A stretch of 62,643 nucleotides of DNA, the filler included, from Deltaproteobacteria bacterium (GTDB taxonomy: Bacteria; JAUYMQ01), in assembly GCA_030698575.1 (NCBI GenBank). It is 11 parts of 11 records of this genome, joined end to end, with 100 filler letters (N's around TTAATTAATTAA, not from the genome) between each part and the next. Parts side by side here need not be neighbours in the genome. Positions count along the whole stretch, not along the records: positions 1 to 21,340 come from JAUYMQ010000469.1; 10 more parts are not named here. One strand, 5' to 3'. Positions 1 through 11,641 of this stretch are shown here, piece by piece (the first letter of the stretch is position 1; every line of letters starts with the position of its first letter). The notes under the pieces are model-generated. The model ran no database searches and had not been told where the DNA came from. It was given only the letters and a program-made list of their open reading frames with translations. The position numbers and the translations under genes were made by a program.

Positions 1-462
1 GCGCGCGCCGCCGGGGTCGACGGCTTCATCGTGCCCGACCTGCCGGTGGACGAAGGGGGCGCCTTCTACGACAGGGCCGCAGCCGCCGGCCTGGACGCCG
101 TGCAGCTGGTGGCGCCGACAAGCCCCGACGATCGCGTGCGCATGATCGGTGAGCGCTCCCGCGGATTTCTCTACTACGTTTCGCTCACGGGGGTCACGGG
201 CTCGCGCCAGAAGCTCGCCGCCGACTTGCCCCGCCGGCTGAGCCAGATCCGGAAGCTCACCGACAAGCCGCTCTGCGTGGGTTTCGGCGTCTCGACGCCG
301 GCGCATGCCGCGGAACTCGGCCGCGCGGCCGATGGCGTGATTGTCGGGTCGGCGCTCATCGACTGCTGGGAGAAGGCCGGCCCCGGCCCTGCGGGCCTTG
401 CCGCCGCGGGAAAGTTCATCGCATCACTTCGGAAAGGGCTCGACGCCCTCAAGGGCGGCTGA
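1..462 (+). CDS. trpA: Tryptophan synthase alpha chain, 5'-partial
   Basis: Frame is open from base 1 (ARAAGVDGFIVPDLP). Has LVAPTS, YYVSLTGVTG, VGFGVS and DGVIVGSA motifs. Confidence 0.95.
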   Translation, partial: ARAAGVDGFIVPDLPVDEGGAFYDRAAAAGLDAVQLVAPTSPDDRVRMIGERSRGFLYYVSLTGVTGSRQKLAADLPRRLSQIRKLTDKPLCVGFGVSTPAHAAELGRAADGVIVGSALIDCWEKAGPGPAGLAAAGKFIASLRKGLDALKGG

Positions 463-468
463 GGCTCG

Positions 469-2198
469 ATGACTGATCGGATCCGCGCGCTCATGGATTC
501 AGTGCATCCGCGAACCGCGCGGCAGCGAACGGCCGCCATCGCGGTCGCCATCCTCCTTTTCAGCGCCGTCTCCATCTTCAGCACGAACGGCTACTACTAC
601 GGCGTCTCGGATCACTCCATCACGGTGCCGTTCCTGAAAGCCTCGATCAACCCCGAGCTCTACCCGGGCGACTATCTTCTGGCGCAGAAAGCCTTTAACT
701 ACACGTTCTTCTGGGAGCTTCTCGCGCTGCTGGTCGATGCGACCGGGGTTTCCATCCAGGTGCTGTTCTTTCTCTTTTACCTCGCCGCCCTCTACGCCAC
801 TTTCCTGGCGGTGTACCTCGTCGCGATGGCGCTCTTCGGCCGCGTAGACGTGGCTTTTCTTTCGATGTTCTTTTTTCTCTTCAGCGCCCCGACGCTGGGT
901 GGTGTGAAGACCATCGATCCCTTGCTGAACACGCGCCTCGTCGCCACACCCGTTCTGCTCTTCGCCCTCTACTACTTTCTGAAAGAACGCTACCGGACGT
1001 CATACTTCCTGCAGGGCTTCTCCTTTCTCATTCACCCGCTCTCGGCGCTCTACACCTTCGTGATGCTGCTCGCGGCAACGATTCCCGCGCTGCGCACCAT
1101 CGGCTTCAGGCGCTTTCTGGGCTGCATCGGGATCTTCACCCTGGCCGCGGCGCCCGTGCTGGCATGGCGGTTGCTGTATGTTCCGGACGGCGCGAGCTTC
1201 TTCGAGATCGATCAGGAGTGGCTCGCCCTCATGCAGGTGCGCAACTCCGATCACGCCTTTCCGTTCTGGTTCAACGGATGGCTCTTCCTGCGCGCGGCCA
1301 TCGTCATGGGGCTGTTCTTCCTGAGCTGGCGGCGCCCGCCGAGCTTCGGAAAGCACCGCGTCGTTCGCTCTGCCACCGCCGCCGTTCTCGTCATGTTCCT
1401 GCTGGGAACTCTCTTTACCGAGCTTTATCCGACCTACGGGGTGATCCAGCTTCAGCTCTTCCGGAGCTTCAAGTTCCTCGTCTTCCTGGCGGCGATCTAC
1501 GCGGCGAACTTCATCCTGGCGGAACTGCGTGAGAACCGGGGGCTCGCGGCCCAGCTCGTGGCGGGGCTCATCCCCTTCGGGATCCTCTCTACCGGGCCGT
1601 CGAGGCGCGCCAGGCGTACTTCGGCGCGGCGGCGCTGGCCATCGTCCTCCTGGGTCACGTGGCAGTGCGCCGCAAGGGGCCCGGCGCCGCCTACTGCGTG
1701 GGGGCGTTCGTCACGGTGGCCCTGGCGATGCTGCTCTGGAACATCGACGGGCTGGATCTGAAGGACGTGCAGGACCGCCACTGGAGAGACGTGCAGTACT
1801 GGGCGAGGGGCAACACCGACCGGCGGGACGTGTTCATCGTGCCGCCGGATCTCTCCGGCTTCAGGGTTGAGTCCGAACGCGCGAGTTACGGCGACTGGAA
1901 GGACGGCACGCAGATGTTCTTCGATCCGGCGTTCCGGCGCGAATGGATCCGCCGGATGCGGAAGCTTGGGTATGACGGCGACGCGCGCCGCCTGGGCGCG
2001 AACTACGCCGCGCTTCCGCCGGAACGCTTCATCGAGATCGCGGCGGAGTTCGAGGGAGAGGGGCGGCGGATCTACGCGGTCGTCCCGCACGGTTCGCCTG
2101 ACGGCGCCCCCGTCGACACCGCCAGTTTCGACGCGCTCGACCGCTTCCCGGTGGCCTTCGGGAACGAGGCGTACGTCGTCCGCGCCATCGCGCCCTGA
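469..2198 (+). pseudogene. Polytopic membrane protein (GT-C-like), split by a frameshift near 1581-1595; may be an assembly error
   Basis: ORF 469-1761 is hydrophobic until 'PFGIL' and then degenerates. The alternative frame continues LYRAVEARQAYFGAAALAIVLLG into ORF 1659-2198. Confidence 0.6.
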
Positions 2199-2315
2199 GG
2201 CACTCCGATTGTCCTACCGCCCGGCTGCCGGCTCGATTGACAATCCAGTCAACACTCGTAGACTGTTGCCCGTCTTGCCCTTTCAACCGCCTGCCGCCGC
2301 CGGTGGACAACGCCC

Positions 2316-2918
2316 ATGGCCCAGTCGCAACCCATCGACAAGCGCACGCTCATCCTCGACGCGGCGATCAAGGTCTTTGCGAAGAACGGCTACCACCGAT
2401 CCCGCGTTTCGGATATCGCCGAAGAGGCGGGCATCGCCTACGGCCTCGTCTATCACTACTTCAAGAACAAGGAAGAGGTGCTGAGCAGCATCTTCCGCGA
2501 GCGTTGGAGCGCGTTTCTCGACGTCATCCGCCTCTACCGCGAGGCGCCGATCACCACCCGGGAGAAGTTCACCAGCATCTGTTTCTATCTGCTCAACTCC
2601 TACAACCTGAGACCGGAGCTGATGGAGGTGCTGATCCTCGAGATCGCGCGCTCGAGCAAGTTCCTCCAGGATTCCCATATCGAGGAGTTCAATGAGGCCT
2701 TCCGGCTGCTCGAGGGAATGATCAGGGACGGGCAGGCGTGCGGTGATCTGCGGGCTGACGTCGATCCCAGTCTGTCGGCCTACAGCTTCCTCGGGGCAAT
2801 CGAGCTGATACTGACGGGATATGTCCTGAACACGCTGAAGGCGCGCGACGTGAAGACCTACCAGAAGGTGGCGGAAACGGTTGTCGACGTCTTCATCGAC
2901 GGGCTCGGCAAGCGCTGA
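2316..2918 (+). CDS. TetR/AcrR family transcriptional regulator
   Basis: N-terminal HTH ILDAAIKVFAKNGYHRSRVSDIAEEAGIAYGLVYHYFKNKEE. Confidence 0.92.
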   Translation: MAQSQPIDKRTLILDAAIKVFAKNGYHRSRVSDIAEEAGIAYGLVYHYFKNKEEVLSSIFRERWSAFLDVIRLYREAPITTREKFTSICFYLLNSYNLRPELMEVLILEIARSSKFLQDSHIEEFNEAFRLLEGMIRDGQACGDLRADVDPSLSAYSFLGAIELILTGYVLNTLKARDVKTYQKVAETVVDVFIDGLGKR

Positions 2919-2932
2919 GCAGCAGGCCCAGC

Positions 2933-3745
2933 CTACTTGAGAATCACCTCGGCCACCCCCTCGGCCATCACGAGCCCGCCGTCCTCTCCCAGTATCTCGA
3001 ATCCCATGAAAGTGGTCGCCCGCCTGGTCTCTATGATCCAGCCCGCGACTGTGAGCGGCTCGCCGGCCTCGACGGGCCGCACGGGGCGGACCCTGATGCG
3101 CTTGAGCTGCGAGGGATCGCGCTTGAGGCTCGTGTCGATGACGGTCCGGGCCGCGTGGGCGAGCCCGAGGAAGGGGGAGAGCAGGGCATCGGGCGGGATG
3201 GATGGCGCTGCGCCGCCGGCCTCGCCCATGCATGACGGCGCGATGGCCGTGTAGCGGGCGCGGAAGGCGAGGGGCGGGCGGAGGAAGTGAGTAGCGGGGG
3301 GCGGCGGCGCGGGCGCGCCGGATGCGCGGGGGTGCAGGAGGCGCAGCTCGTAGAGAAAAACGAGAACGCCGAGACGACGCGTCCCCTGGAGCCTGAGCGA
3401 GATGACCTCGCCGCGTTCGTCCTGCTCGATATCGCCGAAACCGGCCGAGAGAACAACGTCGCGCCCCGGCCGCACGGGCCGCGCCAGATTCAATTCGCAG
3501 GCGACGGGGATCAGTTCCTCCGCCGGTACACCAAGCTCGGGGTCGGCGACAGCGCGGGCGAGGGCGGGAATGGCCAGGCGGGCTGCGTAGAGCGGGGGCG
3601 CGATGACGCCGCCGCGGCGCTTCGGATCGACAAAGTAGGGGTTGTTTTCTCCGAGCGCCCGGATGAACTGCTCGATCGATTCCCCCTGGACCCGAACGGT
3701 ATTCGACGGGTAGCTCTTTCCGGCGGAGGCGGGGTTGAAGGGCAT
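2933..3745 (-). CDS. MaoC/FAS1-like double hot-dog dehydratase family protein
   Basis: N-terminal 'IEQFIRALGENNPYF...IAPPLY' and C-terminal 'VRPVRPVEAGEPLTV'. Catalytic motif not clearly seen. Confidence 0.6.
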   Translation of the reverse strand: MPFNPASAGKSYPSNTVRVQGESIEQFIRALGENNPYFVDPKRRGGVIAPPLYAARLAIPALARAVADPELGVPAEELIPVACELNLARPVRPGRDVVLSAGFGDIEQDERGEVISLRLQGTRRLGVLVFLYELRLLHPRASGAPAPPPPATHFLRPPLAFRARYTAIAPSCMGEAGGAAPSIPPDALLSPFLGLAHAARTVIDTSLKRDPSQLKRIRVRPVRPVEAGEPLTVAGWIIETRRATTFMGFEILGEDGGLVMAEGVAEVILK

Positions 3746-3746
3746 T

Positions 3747-4403
3747 CTACCGGCTCCCGCCCTGCTGCCCCTCCAGTGCCTTCTCGTCGCCGTCGCCGCC
3801 TGTCACCCGCTCCCAGACTGATCGCGCCTGCCGCGCCGTCTCCCCGGGCTCACCTGAATTGTCGATCACGTAATCAGCCATCCCGGCCTTCTCGTCGAGC
3901 GGCAGCTGGGCCTCGATCCGCGCCAGCGCCTCCGGGCGCGACAGGTCGTCGCGCGCCATGAGCCGGCGGAGCTGGGTTTCCGGGTCGACGTGCACTACCA
4001 GGATGGCGTCGGCTGGGAGCGGGGCGCCGCTGCCCCGCTCCAGGTTCTCGAGATAGAGGGGAATGTCCAGCACAACGGCCTGCGCGCCCCCGGCGGCGTG
4101 CTCTGCGACCCGCTCGGCAATGCGGACGCCGATGCGAGGGTGGGTGATGCGCTCGAGGAGGGCGCGGCGTTCGGGATCGGAGAAGATGATCTTCCCGAGC
4201 TTCTCGCGATCGACCTGGCCGTCGGGCCGCAGGACGGCCTCGCCGAAGGCCTCCACGATTTCACGATGCGCATCCCGGCCCGGCTCCACGACCTCGCGGG
4301 CGATGCGGTCCGCGTCGATGATGGGCACCCCCATCTCCGCGAGCGTGGCGCACACGGCCGACTTGCCGGACGCGATGCCGCCGGTAAGCACAACAAGCTT
4401 CAT
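3747..4403 (-). CDS. coaE: Dephospho-CoA kinase
   Basis: LTGGIASGKS P-loop, IIDADRIAREVV and ADYVIDNSG. Start taken at MKLVVLTGG. Confidence 0.95.
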   Translation of the reverse strand: MKLVVLTGGIASGKSAVCATLAEMGVPIIDADRIAREVVEPGRDAHREIVEAFGEAVLRPDGQVDREKLGKIIFSDPERRALLERITHPRIGVRIAERVAEHAAGGAQAVVLDIPLYLENLERGSGAPLPADAILVVHVDPETQLRRLMARDDLSRPEALARIEAQLPLDEKAGMADYVIDNSGEPGETARQARSVWERVTGGDGDEKALEGQQGGSR

Positions 4404-4673
4404 GGCCTGGAGGTTCCTCGAGAAGTTCGGGCGAGAGGCCCGGGGCAATTCTTGTAGGCGCGTCTGGGCGGGCGCGTCCAGCGTCAATTGAGTTCCGGGT
4501 ACCATGCACCCTGTGACCTGTCAAACCAACGGGCGATCGTCGGGCGCGAGGGGCTACACGCTTGCGCGTGGGGCGGCGGGCGCTCCCTTCCACAGCCCGG
4601 AGGGCCGCGTGCCCACAGCCCGGACATCTCCTAAGGTATTGGAATAACTTGACTTTAAAAGGACTTCGGCGCG

Positions 4674-4682
4674 TTATCCACA
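4674..4682 (+). promoter_or_regulatory. Consensus DnaA box (TTATCCACA), with two degenerate boxes at about 4587-4618
   Basis: Perfect 9-mer, with CTTCCACAG and GCCCACAG just upstream. Confidence 0.45.
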
Positions 4683-4709
4683 GGACATTCCAATGCTGCC
4701 GGAATCTGC

Positions 4710-4739
4710 TTGACAGCGCCAGCGGCACGGACCTAGGAT
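4710..4739 (+). promoter_or_regulatory. Sigma70-type promoter TTGACA-N18-TAGGAT
   Basis: Perfect -35 and near-consensus -10, directly upstream of a structured non-coding region. Confidence 0.6.
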
Positions 4740-4745
4740 GTTGTG

Positions 4746-4946
4746 AAATCACTACACGCTCGCACCGCGGGCTGGCGCGTGTCGCTGCCCGCCGCGGGCG
4801 AAGTAGTCAACGCTTGATTGTCGGGTGGAGGGCCAGGGGCCGGCGATTCCGTGGAGGAGCACCCGGGTCAAGGCTTCCGGTCTTTCCATCCGGCATCGAG
4901 GGTGAGCCTGTGCCAACCTCCCCCCCAGCAGGCTCACCCTTTTTTT
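4746..4946 (+). ncRNA. Candidate small RNA with three stem-loops
   Basis: Hairpins at 4751-4807, 4820-4894 and 4899-4940, lying between a promoter and a T-tract. No credible ORF. Confidence 0.55.
4899..4946 (+). terminator. Rho-independent terminator with a C-rich loop
   Basis: 12-bp stem AGGGTGAGCCTG/CAGGCTCACCCT, loop TGCCAACCTCCCCCCCAG, then a T-run. Confidence 0.75.
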
Positions 4947-4963
4947 GTCTCCGCCCCTTAAGT

Positions 4964-4974
4964 GGGACAGTCCC
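4964..4974. repeat. Short REP-like palindrome GGGACAGTCCC
   Basis: Same motif recurs four times at 50711-50763 and 51177-51227. Confidence 0.55.
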
Positions 4975-5169
4975 TCTTATCAGCCCGTAAGCTCTTGAAA
5001 AATAAAAATTAATTTGATTTTCGGAGGACTCTGGGGTAGGTTCCCCGGCTGTCACCGAGTCGGCCGCCGCCGACGCCTGGCGATCCCTCGAGCATGCTCG
5101 AAAACCAAAGGATCCCGGGCACTTCCCTGCGCCATCGCCGGGTCGGGAGGTTGGAAGACCGAACTGCCT

Positions 5170-6279
5170 GTGAACCCCAAAGGCTCCGGAAAGAACTCCC
5201 GGACGGACAACCAGGAAATTCAGGGCCTTCGCGAACGCATCGACGACGTCGATCTGAAGGTCCTGAAGCTTCTCAACGCCCGCGCCAAGCTCGCCGCCGA
5301 GATCGGGAAGGTCAAGTCCCGCTCTCGCCGCACCGTCTACATCCCCAGCCGCGAACGCGAGATTTTCAAGCGCCTCACCGCCGCCAATGAGGGGCCCTTT
5401 CCCAACGAGGGGGTCCGGGCGGTCTTCCGCGAGATCGTCAGCGCCTCGCGATCCCTCGAGCGCCCGCTCAAGGTCGCCTACTTCGGCCCTGAAGCCACCT
5501 TCACGCACCTGGCCTCGCTCCGGCAATTCGGCGGATCGGCCCAGCACGTCCCGCGCGCCGGCATCGCCGACGTCTTCGACGCCGTCGAGCGGCGCCAGGC
5601 CGAGTACGGCGTGGTCCCCGTCGAGAACTCCACCGAGGGAGTCGTGAGCCACACGCTCGATCTCTTCGTGACGAGCGATCTCACCATCTTCGCCGAGATC
5701 GTGCTTCCCATCAGCCACGACCTCCTCTCGCAATCGGGCAAGCTGGAAGACGTCGCCCGGGTCGTCTCGCACCCCCAGGCGCTCGCGCAGTGCCGCAAGT
5801 GGCTCGACCGCAATCTCCCGAACGTTCCCCGGCTCGAGGTTCACTCGACCTCCGCGGCGGCGCAGGCGGCGAAGGAAGATCCCACGACTGCCGCGATCTC
5901 CAGTGAGTTCGCCGGCGACTACTACGGACTCAAGGTCGTGCAGAGCAAGGTCGAGGACAACGTGAACAACGTCACCCGCTTCCTGGTCATCGGCCACGAG
6001 ACGCCGCCCCGGAGCAAGCACGACGTGACCTCGCTCATGTTCTCGATCAAGAAGGACGAAGTGGGCGCCCTCTACAACGTGCTCGAGGTGTTCGCGCGCA
6101 ACCGGGTGAACCTTTCGAAGATCGAGAGCCGCCCGATGAAAAACCAGGCCTGGGAGTACATCTTCTTCCTCGATCTGCAGGGGCACCTCGCCGAACCGGC
6201 GGTGAAGAAGGCGCTCAAGGAAGTCGAGAAACGCTGCTTCTTTTTGAAGGTCCTCGGAAGCTACCCGAGGGCGGGCTAG
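5170..6279 (+). CDS. pheA: Bifunctional chorismate mutase/prephenate dehydratase (P-protein)
   Basis: CM motif LRERIDDVD, PDT motifs VPVENSTEG, SHPQALAQC and NVTRF, ACT motif LSKIESRP. GTG start is approximate. Confidence 0.95.
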   Translation: MNPKGSGKNSRTDNQEIQGLRERIDDVDLKVLKLLNARAKLAAEIGKVKSRSRRTVYIPSREREIFKRLTAANEGPFPNEGVRAVFREIVSASRSLERPLKVAYFGPEATFTHLASLRQFGGSAQHVPRAGIADVFDAVERRQAEYGVVPVENSTEGVVSHTLDLFVTSDLTIFAEIVLPISHDLLSQSGKLEDVARVVSHPQALAQCRKWLDRNLPNVPRLEVHSTSAAAQAAKEDPTTAAISSEFAGDYYGLKVVQSKVEDNVNNVTRFLVIGHETPPRSKHDVTSLMFSIKKDEVGALYNVLEVFARNRVNLSKIESRPMKNQAWEYIFFLDLQGHLAEPAVKKALKEVEKRCFFLKVLGSYPRAG

Positions 6280-6284
6280 GGATT

Positions 6285-7418
6285 ATGAAGAGCGACTACA
6301 AGAACGGCGACGCAATCGCCCGGAAGGTCGATGCCCTCGTCAACGAGGCGCTGAAGACGCTGGTTCCCTACGCGCCCGGCAAGCCCATGGAGGAGCTGGA
6401 GCGCGAGCTGGGAATCAGCGACTCGATCAAGCTCGCCTCCAACGAGAGCTCCATGGGCCCGTCGCCCAGGGCCGTCGCAGCCATCGCCGAGGCGCTCCGC
6501 GGGCTTCACCGCTATCCCGACGGCAGCGCCTACAGGCTCGTGCACAAGATCGCCGCGCGGCTCGGCGTCGGCGCCAACGGCATCGTGCTCGGCAACGGCT
6601 CGAACGAGATCATCGAACTGGTGGTGCGTGGCTTCATGCTCCCGGGCGACGAAGCTGTATTCGCCCACCCCTCCTTCGCCATCTACCCGCTGGTGGTCCA
6701 GGCGGCGGGCGGGTTGGGTGTGCCGGTGCCACTGAAAGACCTCACGCACGATCTCCCGGCGATGGCGCGGGCCGTCACGCCGCGCACGAAGATCGTCTTC
6801 GTCTGCAATCCGAACAATCCGACGGGCACCGCGGTGCGGAAGGACGCCTTCGAGGCCTTCCTGAGGGACCTCCCCGACGGCGTGCTCGTCGCCGTGGACG
6901 AGGCCTACTTCGAGTACATGGACGATCCCCAGCGGGTCGACTCGCTCCAGTACCACGACTCGGGGAAGATCCTGCTCACGCTCAGGACCTTCTCGAAGTG
7001 CTACGGGCTGGCTGGGCTGCGCATCGGTTACGGGGTCGGGCACCCGCGGCTCATCGATTACCTGCACCGGGTCCGTCAGCCGTTCAACGTGAACTGGCTG
7101 GCCCAGGTCGGCGCCCTGGCGGCGCTCGATGACGACGCGCACCTGCGGGTTTCGGTGGAGAACAACCGCGAGCAGCTCGCCCGGATCTACAAGGCGCTCG
7201 ACGCGATGGGCGTGCGCTACACCCGCAGCCAGGCGAACTTCCTGCTGCTGCACCTTCCCGGGGGAGACGGCAAGGCGGTCTACGATCGCCTGCTGCGCCG
7301 GGGCGTCATCGTGCGCCCGATGGACAGCTACGATCTCCCTGGCACCATCCGGGTGACCGTGGGGACACCGGAGGAGAACACGCGCTTCCTGGCCGAGCTC
7401 GGCGAGGTGATCCAGTGA
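6285..7418 (+). CDS. hisC: Histidinol-phosphate aminotransferase
   Basis: KLASNE, NPNNPTG, DEAY and RTFSKCYGLAGLRIGY. Confidence 0.95.
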   Translation: MKSDYKNGDAIARKVDALVNEALKTLVPYAPGKPMEELERELGISDSIKLASNESSMGPSPRAVAAIAEALRGLHRYPDGSAYRLVHKIAARLGVGANGIVLGNGSNEIIELVVRGFMLPGDEAVFAHPSFAIYPLVVQAAGGLGVPVPLKDLTHDLPAMARAVTPRTKIVFVCNPNNPTGTAVRKDAFEAFLRDLPDGVLVAVDEAYFEYMDDPQRVDSLQYHDSGKILLTLRTFSKCYGLAGLRIGYGVGHPRLIDYLHRVRQPFNVNWLAQVGALAALDDDAHLRVSVENNREQLARIYKALDAMGVRYTRSQANFLLLHLPGGDGKAVYDRLLRRGVIVRPMDSYDLPGTIRVTVGTPEENTRFLAELGEVIQ

Positions 7419-8389
7419 GGCGTGGTTCGAAGGCGGCCTCCGGGCCGCTCTTCCCGCGGATGACGATCATCGGCGTCGGGCTCATCGGCGGATCGCTCGC
7501 GATGGCCCTGCGGCGAGCGCAGCTCGTGGGCGAGATTGTGGGCGTCGGTCGCGGCGCCGCCAACCTCGCGCTGGCGCGTCGGCGCGGGATCGTCGATCGG
7601 GTCACGCGCGATCCCGGCAAGGGAGTGCGCGACGCGAATCTCGTCGTGCTGGCCACCCCGGTGGGGGCGCTGGCCGAAGTGGGCGAAGCGATCGCGCCCG
7701 AGCTCATGCCGGGCGCCATCGTGACCGACGTGGGCTCGACCAAGGCGAGTGTGCTTCGCGACCTCGAGCCGCTCATCCCGGCGCATGCCCACCTCGTCGC
7801 GGGCCATCCGATCGCGGGAACGGAAGACTCGGGCGCGGCCGCGGCTGCTGCCGATCTCTTCGAGGGTTCGCGCTGCATCCTGACGCCCACGCCTCGCACC
7901 AGCGCCGGGGCGCTGGCGAAGGTCCGGCGCCTGTGGCGCGCGACGGGCGCGCGGGTGATCGAAATGGACGCCGGAGAGCACGATCGCATTCTCGGCGCCG
8001 TCAGCCACCTGCCGCACGTGGTGGCCTACGCGCTCGTGAACGCGGTCACGGCAACGCGCAAGGATGCCCTCGATTACGCGGGAGGCGGGTTCCGGGACTT
8101 CACGCGAATAGCGGCGAGCCATCCGGACATGTGGCGCGACATTGTGCTCGCCAACCGCGAGTCCGTCCTGGCGGGAATCGACGCGGTGCTCATAGAGCTC
8201 GAATCGATCCGGGAGGCCGTCGACAAGCAGGACGGACGCCGCCTCGCCGCGGCTTTCACGCTGGCGCGCGAGCGCAGGCGCGCGCTCGACAAGCGCACGA
8301 TTAAAAGGCCGACTATCAAAAGGCAAACGATTAAAGGGCAAACGACGGCGAAGAGCCGGCCAGGCGCGGGGCGCAAAAGGAAACGATGA
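7415..8389 (+). CDS. tyrA: Prephenate/arogenate dehydrogenase
   Basis: GVGLIGGS, DVGSTK, GHPIAG, SHLPH and GGFRDFTRIA. Confidence 0.93.
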   Translation: MRRGSKAASGPLFPRMTIIGVGLIGGSLAMALRRAQLVGEIVGVGRGAANLALARRRGIVDRVTRDPGKGVRDANLVVLATPVGALAEVGEAIAPELMPGAIVTDVGSTKASVLRDLEPLIPAHAHLVAGHPIAGTEDSGAAAAAADLFEGSRCILTPTPRTSAGALAKVRRLWRATGARVIEMDAGEHDRILGAVSHLPHVVAYALVNAVTATRKDALDYAGGGFRDFTRIAASHPDMWRDIVLANRESVLAGIDAVLIELESIREAVDKQDGRRLAAAFTLARERRRALDKRTIKRPTIKRQTIKGQTTAKSRPGAGRKRKR

Positions 8390-9735
8390 CCGGCGCGAAG
8401 ACGGCCGATCTGCTCCGCGTGAAGGGCGGAGCCGCCATCCGGGGCGAGGTATCCGTTCCCGGCGACAAGTCGATCTCGCACCGGGCGATCATCCTGGGAG
8501 CGCTGGCCGAGGGGGAAACGCGCGTCACGAACCTCTCCCCCGGCGAGGACAACCGCCGCACCGTCGACGCCTTTCGCGCGATGGGCGTGGCGATCATCGA
8601 GGAAGAGAGCGCGCAGGGATCCCGCGTGGTCAGGGTCACCGGCGCCGGGCTCCGCGGGCTGCGCGCCCCGGCCGCGCCCATCGACTGCGGCAACTCGGGC
8701 ACGGCCATGCGCCTTCTGGCCGGCGTGCTCGCGGGCCAGCCCTTCGAATCGACGCTCATCGGCGATGCGTCGCTATCGCGCCGCCCCATGCGGCGGGTGG
8801 CCGAGCCGCTCCGGCGCATGGGCGCGCATGTGGAGGGGGACGGCGGCGAGGCGGGCGAGGTTCTGCCGCCGCTTCGCATACGGGGCCCGGCCGGGGGTGA
8901 AGCGCTCCGCGCCATCGATCACGTTTCGCCCGTGGCGAGCGCACAGGTGAAGTCGGCGGTTCTCCTCGCGGGCCTCTACGCGGGCGGGGTGACAACGGTT
9001 TCCGAGCCCGCTCCCTCGCGGGATCACACCGAGCGCATGCTCGCGGCTTTCGGCGCCGAATTGCGGGTGGAGGGGCCGCGGGTGTCGCTTCGCGGCGGGC
9101 CCCGGCTGCACGGGCGCACGGTGGAAGTTCCGGGAGACCTTTCGTCCGCGGCTTTCTGGCTTGTCGCCGCGCTCGTGACTCCCGGAGGGGAAGTCCGGGT
9201 GAACCGGGTCGGCGTGAACCCGACCCGCACCGGTGTGCTGGACATCCTTCGGCGCATGGGCGCGCAGATAGAGGTAGTCGCCGCCGGCGAAGCCGGCGGG
9301 GAGCCCGTCGCGGATCTGATCGCGCGCGGGAGCGATCTCTCGGCGGTCGAGATCACCGACCCCGAACTCGTGGTCCGGGCGATCGACGAGTTTCCGATAC
9401 TCTGTGTCGCGGCGGCCCGCGCGAAGGGCGTGACACGCATCCGGAACGCCGCGGAGCTTCGCGCGAAGGAATCTGATCGCATCGCGGTGATGGCCGCGGA
9501 GCTGGGAAAGCTGGGGGTGCGTGTCCACGCGCTCCCGGATGGTGTGGACATCGAGGGGGGAGGCCCCCTCGCGGGAGCGCGCTGCCGTTCTCACGGCGAC
9601 CATCGCGTGGCCATGTCACTGGCGGTGGCTGCCCTGGCAGCGGAAGGCGAAACCGTGATAGAGGATTCGGCCATGGTGGCCACCTCCTATCCGGGCTTCG
9701 CCGCGACGCTCGAGCGTTTGATTGCGCCGCGCTAG
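8386..9735 (+). CDS. aroA: 3-phosphoshikimate 1-carboxyvinyltransferase
   Basis: PGDKSISHRA, DCGNSGT, SAQVKS, RDHTE, KESDRI and DHRVAM. Confidence 0.97.
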   Translation: MTGAKTADLLRVKGGAAIRGEVSVPGDKSISHRAIILGALAEGETRVTNLSPGEDNRRTVDAFRAMGVAIIEEESAQGSRVVRVTGAGLRGLRAPAAPIDCGNSGTAMRLLAGVLAGQPFESTLIGDASLSRRPMRRVAEPLRRMGAHVEGDGGEAGEVLPPLRIRGPAGGEALRAIDHVSPVASAQVKSAVLLAGLYAGGVTTVSEPAPSRDHTERMLAAFGAELRVEGPRVSLRGGPRLHGRTVEVPGDLSSAAFWLVAALVTPGGEVRVNRVGVNPTRTGVLDILRRMGAQIEVVAAGEAGGEPVADLIARGSDLSAVEITDPELVVRAIDEFPILCVAAARAKGVTRIRNAAELRAKESDRIAVMAAELGKLGVRVHALPDGVDIEGGGPLAGARCRSHGDHRVAMSLAVAALAAEGETVIEDSAMVATSYPGFAATLERLIAPR

Positions 9736-9808
9736 CAGAGCGCCGGTGAAGGGAAGAATGAAAGCGGCCCCGGGCCGCCAAATCCTAATGAAAGGGGTAC
9801 CCAGAGGC

Positions 9809-11637
<1,829 letters not shown>

Positions 11638-11641
<4 letters not shown>

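Noticed and set aside
4820-4894. SRP RNA or 6S RNA identity for the hairpin
   Set aside because: It lacks the SRP CAGG...GNRA...AGCAG core and the single long 6S rod with a central bubble.
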